DNA of 64,000 nucleotides, taken from NCBI GenBank assembly GCA_034520665.1, contig JAXHNJ010000003.1:11057-75056 (forward strand). The letters are read 5' to 3'. This stretch comes from Patescibacteria group bacterium. Its GTDB lineage: Bacteria; Patescibacteriota; Patescibacteriia; JAXHNJ01. Numbering within the stretch: position 1 is the first letter of the stretch; each line of letters starts with the position of its first letter. Positions 9,672 through 18,873 of this stretch are shown one piece after another. The notes under the pieces are model-generated. The model had not been told where the DNA came from, made no database searches, and worked only from the letters and a program-made list of their open reading frames with translations. Made by a program: the position numbers and the translations under genes.

Positions 9672-11331
9672 CTTTTTTTACTCCTTTTACTCCTAAAAAT
9701 GAGGGGTGTTTTTCTAAAAAATTACCGGCTATTAATCTTAAAAAGGTACGCGTAACAATAATAGCCGAAAACATAGAAATTAATATACCCACACCCAAGG
9801 TTATAGCAAAACCTTTTATTAGACTGGTGCCAAACCAGGCTAAAATAACACAGGTAATAATTGATGAAAAGTTAGAATCACGAATAGAGAGCCAGGCTCT
9901 TTTAAAGCCTTCCTCAATAGCCATATTTAAAGGTTTATCGCTCTCTAACTCTTCTTTAATCCTTTCAAAAATCAAAACATTCGCATCAACCGCCATCCCA
10001 ATGGATAATATAAAACCAGCCACCCCGGCTAAAGTCAATGTGATTGACCAAAGTTTAAAAATCGCGACTACTAAAAGCGTATAAATAGCTAAAGCAAAAA
10101 CTGAAATCAAACCAGGCAGACGATAATAAATAATCATAAATAGAGCTAAAAAAGCTAAACCAAGCAAGGCGGCAAAGAAACTTTTCTGAACCGAAATTTT
10201 ACCCAAAGAAGCCCCTATATTCTGCTGGCTAATTAAAGTAATGGGCACTGGCAAAGCCCCCGAATTTAAACGTTGGGCTAATTCCTTAGCCTCGGTCACA
10301 CTAAATTCACCGGTAATAACAGCTTTACCATCAGGTATTTTTTCATTAACCCGAGGCATGGATATAGGAGAACCGTCGAGATAAATACCGACTATATTCC
10401 CGATATTTTCCTCTGTTATCTGAGCAAACAATTCTTTGCCTTCATCATTAAATTCTAAAGCTACCTGAGCTTCTCCGGTTTGGTTATTAAACTGCAAATA
10501 AGCTTTTTCTAATTGCTGGCCGGAAAGTCCGGTATTTATCAGGCCCTGATTGGTTTGATAATCAGCTTCTGATTTCTTTTTTATAAGTATATGAGAAGCC
10601 TTAACCTCTTTATTTTCACCTTCTCCTTTTTCTTCCGTCTTTAAAATGATATGGTAGCCAAAATCAGTCTCTACTAATTCCGGATAAACCTGGCCTATTT
10701 TGGCCTTTTCAAAAATAGCTTGTTCAAAAGCCGGTACCATTTCTCCTTTTTTGAAAAAGCCTAAATCCCCTCCCTGTTCCTGACTACCTGGATCTTCACT
10801 TTTTTCCTTGGCCAGAGTAGAAAAATTTTCAGGGGTGGCCTGGTCTAATATTTCTTGAGCTTTATTTTTGGCTTCCTCATTATACTCTTCAATTTTTTGC
10901 TTTTGTTCTGGAGTTAATTCAACCGGCGGCGGTTGTTTTTTAAATTCAAGCAAAGGTGTTTTACCGATCATTTCCACGGCTTGATTAACCTCTGTTACTC
11001 CAGGTAACTCCACAATAACCCGCCAGTCATCTCCGGATTTATTAGTTTGAACAACTGGCTCAGAAACCCCAAAAGTATTAACTCTTCTCTCAATAACATC
11101 ACGGACCCCTTCTAAGGCGCTAGCTTTTTCAGCTTCTTCTATTTTAGAGGTATCGGCCTGATAGACTAAATGAGTCCCTCCCTGTAGATCAAGACCTAAA
11201 TGAATTTTTAATTCCTTAAAATAAGAGCCAATTTTTATATCTGGCCCGGCCGGATAATCAACTATACCCGCTAAAACAGCTAGTATAATTATACCGATAA
11301 ATGTCAGCCAAATTTTCTTTCTAATATTCAT
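9661..11331 (-). CDS. secD: protein translocase subunit SecD with an inserted parvulin-type PPIase domain
   Basis: LGLDLQGG, IGMAVDANVLIFERIKEE; insert containing SEDPGS..GGDLGFF..GEMVPAFE..TDFGYHII. Confidence 0.96.
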   Translation of the reverse strand: MNIRKKIWLTFIGIIILAVLAGIVDYPAGPDIKIGSYFKELKIHLGLDLQGGTHLVYQADTSKIEEAEKASALEGVRDVIERRVNTFGVSEPVVQTNKSGDDWRVIVELPGVTEVNQAVEMIGKTPLLEFKKQPPPVELTPEQKQKIEEYNEEAKNKAQEILDQATPENFSTLAKEKSEDPGSQEQGGDLGFFKKGEMVPAFEQAIFEKAKIGQVYPELVETDFGYHIILKTEEKGEGENKEVKASHILIKKKSEADYQTNQGLINTGLSGQQLEKAYLQFNNQTGEAQVALEFNDEGKELFAQITEENIGNIVGIYLDGSPISMPRVNEKIPDGKAVITGEFSVTEAKELAQRLNSGALPVPITLISQQNIGASLGKISVQKSFFAALLGLAFLALFMIIYYRLPGLISVFALAIYTLLVVAIFKLWSITLTLAGVAGFILSIGMAVDANVLIFERIKEELESDKPLNMAIEEGFKRAWLSIRDSNFSSIITCVILAWFGTSLIKGFAITLGVGILISMFSAIIVTRTFLRLIAGNFLEKHPSFLGVKGVKKDDV

Positions 11332-11343
11332 AACTTGCTAGTT

Positions 11344-11372
11344 ATTATACACTATTTTATAAACATTGCCAA
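11344..11372 (-). promoter_or_regulatory. secDF promoter
   Basis: minus strand TTGGCA-17 nt-TATAAT ending 12 nt before the ATG. Confidence 0.65.
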
Positions 11373-11373
11373 T

Positions 11374-11416
11374 AAGAAAAGAGGTTTTTAAAGTATAAAG
11401 ACCCCTTTTCTTTTTT
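11374..11416. terminator. intrinsic terminator-like hairpin downstream of the basic small ORF
   Basis: gaaaagaggtttt...aaagaccccttttc flanked by A/T tracts. Confidence 0.55.
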
Positions 11417-11427
11417 AGTATTTAAAT

Positions 11428-11550
11428 CTATTTCTTCTTTCGGCATTTTCTAGTGGTTTTCCTTTTCCTAGTAGTTTTTTTTCGACCTGGTTTTCTTTTT
11501 GCTTTCTTTTTGGTACTTCTTTTTTTCTTGATTTTTCTTTTTCTTGGCAT
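11428..11550 (-). CDS. 40-aa extremely basic (protamine/histone-H1-like) small protein, absent from the ORF track
   Basis: MPRKRKIKKKRSTKKKAKRKPGRKKTTRKRKTTRKCRKKK; SD AAGGGGGTGA 5 nt before the ATG; TATAAT at 11584-11589; downstream hairpin. Confidence 0.8.
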   Translation of the reverse strand: MPRKRKIKKKRSTKKKAKRKPGRKKTTRKRKTTRKCRKKK

Positions 11551-11642
11551 TAAGCTCACCCCCTTTCTTTTTCTAATAAACTAATTATACCCGAAAAAAA
11601 CGGTAAAAAAAATGTTTTGTCCAGTCTTTGTTTGGCCAGTAT

Positions 11643-12131
11643 TTACTTAAATAAAACCGGTAGACAAAGTTCTTCAAGTTCTTTTTCCAGCCCCCGAGGG
11701 TTGGATTGAGTAATATAAATATAACCTTTTTCAATATTTTCGGCTTCAAATTCAATTTCTACCTTAAAATCAACAAAATTATCAGTCATCCAATTACCAT
11801 CAGCAAAAATACTTCCCTCTCTTAAAACAAGTCCCCCTTGACTGACTAGTCTAAAAGGCATTTCACCTTCAGAAAACCAAGTTCCCTTAGCCTGGCCTTC
11901 TATAGTTAAAGGACTGGTTATAACTTGATTGTCTTCTATGTTCTCTACTACTATTTCATTCGATAAACCTTCTCTGTTACCAGGTCTTGTTTTTTCAAGA
12001 TTTTCATTCTCATTGGCTGCCTGATTGGTCTGTTTATTAACCGAACCTTTTGTAAACCAATAAATACTGGATACTCCAATCACTATTAAAATAAGCACCA
12101 AAGCGGTTATAAATGTTTTTTTGTCAATCAT
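11643..12131 (-). CDS. Gmad2-like Ig-fold membrane-anchored protein
   Basis: N-terminal TM; ITSPLTIEGQAKGTWFSEGEMP, NWMTDNFVDF, NPRGL. Confidence 0.8.
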   Translation of the reverse strand: MIDKKTFITALVLILIVIGVSSIYWFTKGSVNKQTNQAANENENLEKTRPGNREGLSNEIVVENIEDNQVITSPLTIEGQAKGTWFSEGEMPFRLVSQGGLVLREGSIFADGNWMTDNFVDFKVEIEFEAENIEKGYIYITQSNPRGLEKELEELCLPVLFK

Positions 12132-12200
12132 AAGCTTATTTTAACATTTTTTAAAATATAAAAAAAGCTTAATTAAAAAGCTTTTATTTAAAAATTATTT

Positions 12201-13628
12201 TTAATTATGGATTAATATCGGAGTACCCACTTCCGTAAAATTATAAACATATTCAGCCGCTTCCCAGGATAATCTAACACACCCATGAGAGACACGAATA
12301 CCCAGATGATTTTCTCCTTCTTTTATCACCCCCCCACTACGCAGCTTCCAGTAGGGTAAGCCGTGCAAGCCGTGACCAATCCCGGTAAACTGCTGCCAAT
12401 AAGGCATATACAAAGCATAGCTTGATGAGTAAGCATTGGGTGATTTATTCATCACTTTATAGGTACCAACTGGGGTATCCATACTCGGCTTACCTGAAGA
12501 GATAATATAATTTTTTATGACCATACCATTCTCACGTAAAAATAAACGCTGGCTGGAAATATCTATTTCAACATATTTTAAGCTGTTCGAAAGTGTAGTT
12601 CCAGAAAGAAACCCAGGTCCGGTTATTAATTCAATATCATTATCACCATTAAGATCACCAGCCGCTAAATAAACCCCGCCTCTGAAATTTCTAGGATAAG
12701 GAAAAAAGTTTACGTTAGCCAGCGAGCCATCATAATTAAATCCCCGAACATGCGGACCGCCGCCTGAATTAGCCGCGGTAATAATTTCATCGTATCCATC
12801 TGAATCAATATCACCACAAGTTAAGTTAACCCCGCCTTGAAAACTACCATCATAGGCGTAGAAACCGGCCAGTTTATTTTTTTCTTGATCATAAACTTCC
12901 ACAATCGGCCGACCATTTTTGTAGACAGCGGTTACTATTTCTTCTTTTAGATCATTTGTTAAATTTCCGCTGGCCACGGAGACACCGCCTCGGTGATTAA
13001 AATCAAATGGCCAGAAATCTTTGCCTAAGTTAATTCCACTGGCCGAGAATATTCTGACATGAGCTCCGCCTCCCGGTCCCGGACCGGTTATTATTTCAGA
13101 AACACCATCACCGGTTAAATCACCGCAAGCTACATTAACGCCGCCCCTAAAACTGGGAGCGTAAGCCATAAAGCTTTCTAGTTGCCGTCCCCTGTTATCA
13201 AAAACTTTAACGTTTGGACCACCCCCGGCCCCCGGACCAGTGATAATTTCAGAAACTCCATCACCGGTTAAATCACAACTGGCTACTTTTATGCCTTTTC
13301 TAAAACGCACGTCATAAGCCATAAAACTTTTATACTTATCTCCTTCACCAGCAAATATCTGTACGTTGGGGCCCCCTCCCGGTCCAGCCCCAACAATAAT
13401 TTCATCAGACCCATCAGCGTCAACATCACCACTGGCCAGACGAACTCCACCTTTGAAGGATTTTAAAAAGCCAAAAAAACTAGAGGTTTGTAAATTATTT
13501 TCAAATATTTTAACTTCCGGTACAATACTGCCATAAGCCTTAACTTTTTTTGGACATAAAAAAATAACCCCTAGAACAAGGATTACCATTGTTAAAATAA
13601 TATAAAATTTTTGATACCTAAAAGGCAT
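12201..13628 (-). CDS. secreted FG-GAP-repeat protein with C-terminal L,D-transpeptidase (YkuD) domain
   Basis: signal peptide from ATG 13628 (MPFRYQ); repeats GD(L/V)xGDGxxEIITGPGxGGGPxV; HGLHG...VSHGCVRL catalytic motif. Confidence 0.9.
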   Translation of the reverse strand: MPFRYQKFYIILTMVILVLGVIFLCPKKVKAYGSIVPEVKIFENNLQTSSFFGFLKSFKGGVRLASGDVDADGSDEIIVGAGPGGGPNVQIFAGEGDKYKSFMAYDVRFRKGIKVASCDLTGDGVSEIITGPGAGGGPNVKVFDNRGRQLESFMAYAPSFRGGVNVACGDLTGDGVSEIITGPGPGGGAHVRIFSASGINLGKDFWPFDFNHRGGVSVASGNLTNDLKEEIVTAVYKNGRPIVEVYDQEKNKLAGFYAYDGSFQGGVNLTCGDIDSDGYDEIITAANSGGGPHVRGFNYDGSLANVNFFPYPRNFRGGVYLAAGDLNGDNDIELITGPGFLSGTTLSNSLKYVEIDISSQRLFLRENGMVIKNYIISSGKPSMDTPVGTYKVMNKSPNAYSSSYALYMPYWQQFTGIGHGLHGLPYWKLRSGGVIKEGENHLGIRVSHGCVRLSWEAAEYVYNFTEVGTPILIHN

Positions 13629-13647
13629 ATTTTTTGTTTTTGTTTTT

Positions 13648-13735
13648 AACACAAAGGTGAAAGCCAGAGGCCTTAAGATGCTTGATGGTTTTTGTAACCA
13701 GGAGGCACACAACAGGCCTCCGGCTAATTTGTGTT
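13648..13735 (-). promoter_or_regulatory. long stem-loop in the 5' leader of the L,D-transpeptidase gene (candidate cis-regulatory RNA)
   Basis: nested pairings AACACAAA/UUUGUGUU, AGCCGGAGGCC/GGCCUCUGGCU, UGC/GCA, UGGU/ACCA. Confidence 0.55.
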
Positions 13736-13760
13736 TTTGTTTTTGTTTCCTTTTAAAGGA

Positions 13761-13799
13761 CTATACCATCATAATAGCATACATTTGCCAAAAAGTCAA
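13761..13799 (-). promoter_or_regulatory. sigma70 promoter of the L,D-transpeptidase gene
   Basis: minus strand TTGACT, spacer, then extended -10 TGcTATTAT. Confidence 0.6.
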
Positions 13800-14114
13800 G
13801 CTTAAGATAAATCTATTATTTCTCTAGAGATAACATTAATTCCTCTTTTTACTGATAAATAAAAATAAAAAAACCTGACTCTTTTAAAATAAGTCAGAGA
13901 GGCTTTAATTATAATGAACCGTTGAAGTAAGAAATTTTCTAAACTATTAATGAGGCTATAAACATTAGAGTTAAAGTTCCGCCAAAAATAAGCCTGAAAA
14001 TATCATCCGGAAATTTCGGTTAACATAATTTTTAATAATAAAGAACCACTTATTCATTACTCTCCTCCTTTTTACTCTAAAATAAAATTATATAAAAATT
14101 TATTGATTAAATTG

Positions 14115-16790
14115 TTACCGTCCGCAACACTTTTTATACTTTTTACCGGAACCGCAGGGACAGGGATCATTCCGTCCAATTTTTTTGCCGTTTTTATTTT
14201 GCCGACGGCGATTTGATAAATTATCCGTCGGTTTTTCTCTTTTTTCTTTAGCGTGTTTAGATGGAGCCGATAAAACTTGTTTGCTCTTAGCCACCGGTGA
14301 AGCAGACATATTTTTAGCTAAAGGTATTTTATAAAGGCTGTAGATAATATGGGCATTTATGTTTGACAATAACCGGTTAAAAAGTTTGTATGACTCTTTT
14401 TTATATTCAACCAAGGGATCCTGTTGACCATAGCCCCTAAGACCAATACCGGTTCTAAGATGAGTCATCTGACTAAGGTGTTCAATCCATAAAGTGTCAA
14501 TAGTTCTAAGTACAATACCTTTAATAATTCTAAAAAGATCATGGGGGCTATCCAGTTGATCAGACATTTGATCAAAAGATTTGTTCGCCAGTTTCATGAG
14601 GTACTTAACAATTCTTGTTCTTACTTCGGCCTTTTCCTTTTCACCAGCGTTAGAACTTTTTATCTCTTCCAATTTAATTCTTGATTCAATAGGTATGGGA
14701 AAAATAGTATCAACCACTTCATAAACTTCTTCTATATCCCATTCTTTTTTAGCCTCAGGAGCTGTGTGGAAATAAACCACTCTTTCAATTTCATCTTCAA
14801 CTATCAACATCATTTTATCCTTTAATTTATCTCTTTTCATAGTAAGAAATTCTTTTCTTTTTTTATACAAAACTTGACGATGCTTATTCATCACGTCATC
14901 GTATTCTACTAAATGTTTTCGAATATCAAAATTACGCGACTCAACTTTTTTCTGCGCTTTTTCTATAGAGCGAGAAATCATTTTGTTTTCAATTGGCATA
15001 TCATCAGGGACTCCTAATCGATTCATAACATTTTTCATTCTGTCCGAGCCAAAAATACGCATTAATTCATCTTCCAAAGATATAAAAAATTGCGAAGAAC
15101 CAGGATCACCCTGACGGCCGGAACGACCCCGAAGTTGGTTATCAATGCGGCGCGATTCATGCCTCTCTGTACCAATTACCTTAAGCCCACCCAATTCTTT
15201 TATTTCTTGGGCCTTTTCTTTATTAAAAGGCTGGCCGCCTAAAACTATATCCACTCCCCGACCGGCCATGTTAGTAGCCACTGTCACGGCTTTTTTTCGG
15301 CCAGCTTGGCGGATAATCTGGGCTTCTTTTTCGTGATTTTTAGCGTTTAATAATTCATATTTAATGCCTTCTCTTTCCAAAAGCTCCCCTAATAACTCAT
15401 TTTTTTCAATAGAAATAGTGCCCACCAAGACTGGCTGGCCGACTTCATAATCACGTTTAATTTCCCTTAGTATAGCTTTAAATTTACCTTTCTCAGTTTT
15501 ATAAATACTGTCATTAAGGTCTTCCCTGACCATGGGTTCGTTGGTCGGGATAACCACCACGTCCAAATCATAAATTTTGTGAAATTCTTCGGCTTCAGTA
15601 GCGGCCGTACCAGTCATACCGGATAACTTATCGTATATGCGAAAATAATTTTGAAAAGAAATAGTAGCTAAAGTTTGGGATTCATTTTTAATTTCTACGT
15701 CTTCTTTAGCTTCTATAGCCTGGTGCAAGCCTTCCGAAAAACGTCGCCCCGGCATTAAACGACCGGTAAATTCATCAACAATCACAATTTCTCCTTCTTT
15801 AATTACATAGTCCTTATCTTTTTTAAATAAGGCGTGGGCTTTTAAAGCCTGTTCAATATGATGAACCATTTCAATACCGCCAGCCTGGTAAATATTATCC
15901 ATATTCAGCCAGTTTTCCATTTTACTAATCCCCTCTTCGGTTAAAGTAGCGGCTTTCATTTTTTCGTCAACATTATAATCCGGACCTTCCTCAAGTTGGG
16001 GAATTAATTTGGCAAATTTATAGTATTTGTCAGCTGATTCTTCAGCCGGAGCCGAAATAATTAAAGGAGTTCTAGCCTCATCAATCAAAATACTATCAAC
16101 CTCATCAATAATGGCATAATGAAGAGATCGTTGCACCATGTATTTAATATCCGGTACCATATTATCACGCAAATAATCAAAGCCAAACTCATTATTGGTG
16201 CCATAAGTTATATCAGCTTGATAAGCTTCTCGGCGACTAACTGGCTTTAAATGAGAGATACGCTCGTCCCCTAACTCTTTGTCCTCAAAATCGGGATCAT
16301 AAATAAAAGCCCCGTCATGAATAATACAGCCACAGGAAAGACCTAAATTTTGATATACCGGGCCCATCCAGCCACAGTCTCGTCGGGCCAAATAATCATT
16401 AACCGTAACCAAATGACAACCCTGGCCGGTTAAGGCGTTTAATGATAAAGCTAGGTTAGCGGCTAAGGTTTTACCCTCGCCGGTTTTCATTTCAGCTATT
16501 TTACCCTGGTGCATAACTATACCGCCAATTAGCTGCACATCAAAGTGTCTCATATTAACTTTTCGTCTGGAAACTTCGCGGACCATAGCAAAAACATCCG
16601 GCAAATAATCCTCCAACCGGCTTTTATCTTTTTTTATTTTATTTTTAATATCTTTGGCTTTTTTAGCAAAGTCCTCATTTTTATATTTCTTATACTGGCT
16701 TTCTAATTCATTAATTTTGTCCACTGTTGGCTGCAATTTTTCTATTACTTTTTTATTAGGATCACCAAAGATTTTGGATAATAATGACAT
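14115..16790 (-). CDS. secA: preprotein translocase ATPase SecA
   Basis: MKTGEGKT, DEVDSILIDEARTPLIIS, QLRGRSGRQGDPG, C-terminal GRNDPCPCGSGKKYKKCC. Confidence 0.98.
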   Translation of the reverse strand: MSLLSKIFGDPNKKVIEKLQPTVDKINELESQYKKYKNEDFAKKAKDIKNKIKKDKSRLEDYLPDVFAMVREVSRRKVNMRHFDVQLIGGIVMHQGKIAEMKTGEGKTLAANLALSLNALTGQGCHLVTVNDYLARRDCGWMGPVYQNLGLSCGCIIHDGAFIYDPDFEDKELGDERISHLKPVSRREAYQADITYGTNNEFGFDYLRDNMVPDIKYMVQRSLHYAIIDEVDSILIDEARTPLIISAPAEESADKYYKFAKLIPQLEEGPDYNVDEKMKAATLTEEGISKMENWLNMDNIYQAGGIEMVHHIEQALKAHALFKKDKDYVIKEGEIVIVDEFTGRLMPGRRFSEGLHQAIEAKEDVEIKNESQTLATISFQNYFRIYDKLSGMTGTAATEAEEFHKIYDLDVVVIPTNEPMVREDLNDSIYKTEKGKFKAILREIKRDYEVGQPVLVGTISIEKNELLGELLEREGIKYELLNAKNHEKEAQIIRQAGRKKAVTVATNMAGRGVDIVLGGQPFNKEKAQEIKELGGLKVIGTERHESRRIDNQLRGRSGRQGDPGSSQFFISLEDELMRIFGSDRMKNVMNRLGVPDDMPIENKMISRSIEKAQKKVESRNFDIRKHLVEYDDVMNKHRQVLYKKRKEFLTMKRDKLKDKMMLIVEDEIERVVYFHTAPEAKKEWDIEEVYEVVDTIFPIPIESRIKLEEIKSSNAGEKEKAEVRTRIVKYLMKLANKSFDQMSDQLDSPHDLFRIIKGIVLRTIDTLWIEHLSQMTHLRTGIGLRGYGQQDPLVEYKKESYKLFNRLLSNINAHIIYSLYKIPLAKNMSASPVAKSKQVLSAPSKHAKEKREKPTDNLSNRRRQNKNGKKIGRNDPCPCGSGKKYKKCCGR

Positions 16791-16891
16791 ATTTAAAATT
16801 CCTTAAAACCTTTCCCTAAGTTTACCAAAAAAACCACCTAAATTCAAGCTTAAATTAAAAAGCCTTTAATAATTGTCTGGCTAAGAACTAT

Positions 16892-17416
16892 TTAATTTTG
16901 CCTAAAATTACTAATTAATCCAATCAGAAAAGGGATTAAAGCCAATTGCAGGAAAATTCCTACCATACCAAGATTTAAAGCACTGAATAAAAAAATAAAG
17001 GGATTTCCCGAGAGAAAGACCCAGGCTGTTAAAAATAAAACAACCCGCCCTAAAATCATAGCCAAAACAATTGAGGTAAAGCTATTTAATTCTTTTTCTC
17101 GAAAGTATCCGGCCCAAAAACCGTAAGCCGCTAACTCCAGTGTCATTACAGGAATTAGAGCCAAGCTGGGCCTACCTGATAATGCAAAAACAATAACCGG
17201 GCTTAAACCTCCGACTATAAAGCCGGTTTTTTTACCAAAAATTAACCCGCCAGCTAAAACAAAAAAATGCATCGGCAAAAAAATATTGCCGGCCAATTGG
17301 TATTGGTGGGCTATCATTGGCATGGCTATGGTTAAAGATATAAAAATAATAATAACTAGAGCTTGCTTTAAAGCACTAATTTTTATAATTGGTTTTTCTA
17401 AAATATTTTCTTTCAT
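16892..17416 (-). CDS. ECF transporter S component
   Basis: GNIFLPMHFFVLAGGLIFG, G..VGGLSP, M.LELAAYG; about five TM segments. Confidence 0.8.
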   Translation of the reverse strand: MKENILEKPIIKISALKQALVIIIFISLTIAMPMIAHQYQLAGNIFLPMHFFVLAGGLIFGKKTGFIVGGLSPVIVFALSGRPSLALIPVMTLELAAYGFWAGYFREKELNSFTSIVLAMILGRVVLFLTAWVFLSGNPFIFLFSALNLGMVGIFLQLALIPFLIGLISNFRQN

Positions 17417-17796
17417 ATATTTTTTAAATTATTATTAATTAATGGTTTAATAAGACGGGCAAATTTTTTCATATCTTTTTTAAAATGAGCCTGAGCTATT
17501 TTTTTAAAGCCTTGGTTTAGGTTTATAACTATTTTTTTATTTGATAAATAAATAATAATTTTTAAATCACCAGCTTTTTTCAAGATGATACTGCTGCATC
17601 CGACTGTACAGCCGCTAGACAGCTGCAGTCCGTCAATCAAACAAGAGTAAGGTGTTTTTAATGGATTATAAATAACTATCTTTTCAATCTTACCGAAATG
17701 ACTTTTGACCAACTGGCCAATAATATAACCAGTCACAGCATAGGGACCAATATGACCGTGAAATTTTCTAATTTTTTCTAATTCGCTTTTTCTCAT
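17413..17796 (-). CDS. FmdE-family protein (formylmethanofuran dehydrogenase subunit E-like)
   Basis: FHGHIGPYAVTG and SCLIDGLQLSSGCTVG. Confidence 0.85.
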   Translation of the reverse strand: MRKSELEKIRKFHGHIGPYAVTGYIIGQLVKSHFGKIEKIVIYNPLKTPYSCLIDGLQLSSGCTVGCSSIILKKAGDLKIIIYLSNKKIVINLNQGFKKIAQAHFKKDMKKFARLIKPLINNNLKNI

Positions 17797-17834
17797 ATTA
17801 TATTTTTTTTGTTTAAATCAACCATTTAATCACT

Positions 17835-17883
17835 TCCGCCAGAGCCTGCCTGTGGCAGACAAGGCGGATCCCCCGTAGGGGGA
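17835..17883. repeat. GC-rich nested palindromic element
   Basis: tccgcc...ggcgga enclosing ctgcc-tgt-ggcag, followed by tccccc-gta-ggggga, in AT-rich surroundings. Confidence 0.6.
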
Positions 17884-17921
17884 CAATTAACTTAATCAAC
17901 TCTCTTAAATTAACTCAACCT

Positions 17922-18785
17922 CTAAAACCCCACCAGCTGAATTTCCTCCTGTAATTGTATATTTTTTTTATCCCTGACCTGCTGTTTAATATAACTGATA
18001 AGCATAACTACTTCTTCGGCCTTGGCACTGTTAGTATTAATAATATAATTAGCGTGTATTTCCGAGACTTTGGCCGCTCCCATACTTTTACCTTTGAGAC
18101 CACATTCTTCGATAATTTTTCCAGCCGACATTCCTGGTGGATTTTTGAAAGCACAGCCGGCTGAAGGCCTATTCAAAGGCTGGCTTTGTTTTTTATTATC
18201 TATATTTTCTTTAATTTTTTTTTGAATATTTTCTTTTGTATCTTTTATTAAATTAAAAAGTGCTGACAGAATAATATAATCTTTTTCTTTAAAAATACTT
18301 TTTCTATAGGCAAACTTAAGTTCTTGATGGCTTAATATTTTAATATCTAAATTCTCATCAATTACTTTGACCTGACTAATGAAATCACCAATGGCTTTTT
18401 TAGGGTTACCCGTATTACCAACAATAGCGCCGCCGACCGTGCTGGGAATGCCGGCCAGAAACTCAAGGCCTTTTAATTTATGGTCAAGACAAAACCCCAG
18501 TAATTCCCCTAGGGTCAAACCAGATCCGACTGTTATGGTTGTCTTAGACAAAATTTTTAATTCTTTTATTTCATTTTTAATCACCAGGCCGTCAAAACCC
18601 TGGTCAGAAACTAATATATTAGCTCCGTGCCCTAAAATAAAATATTTTATTTTATTTTTTTTGGCCCATTTCAAGGCCTCAATCAGCTGATTTTCATTCT
18701 TGACAATTATAAAATACTTAGCCGGACCGCCAATTTTAAAAGTAGTAAAGGGAGCTAATTTTACTTTTTCTTTCAAACCTTTCAT
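17922..18785 (-). CDS. murB: UDP-N-acetylenolpyruvoylglucosamine reductase
   Basis: TTFKIGGPA, LEFLAGIPSTVGGA, PSAGCAFKNP, HANYIIN. Confidence 0.96.
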   Translation of the reverse strand: MKGLKEKVKLAPFTTFKIGGPAKYFIIVKNENQLIEALKWAKKNKIKYFILGHGANILVSDQGFDGLVIKNEIKELKILSKTTITVGSGLTLGELLGFCLDHKLKGLEFLAGIPSTVGGAIVGNTGNPKKAIGDFISQVKVIDENLDIKILSHQELKFAYRKSIFKEKDYIILSALFNLIKDTKENIQKKIKENIDNKKQSQPLNRPSAGCAFKNPPGMSAGKIIEECGLKGKSMGAAKVSEIHANYIINTNSAKAEEVVMLISYIKQQVRDKKNIQLQEEIQLVGF

Positions 18786-18873
18786 CAAGTTTTATTATAA
18801 ATCAATTAGACTAATAAAAAAAGCCCCGGACTATTAAATCCCAGAGCTCAAATAATTTAGCTCATAAAATAAA

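Noticed and set aside
13629-13712. N-terminal extension of the L,D-transpeptidase from the GTG at 13712
   Set aside because: It runs through the leader hairpin, and the signal peptide fits the ATG at 13628.
13971-14057. 28-aa minus-strand ORF with AGGAGG SD downstream of secA
   Set aside because: Short and without a motif; a hydrophobic continuation lies in another frame, so it may be a frameshifted remnant. Too weak to call.
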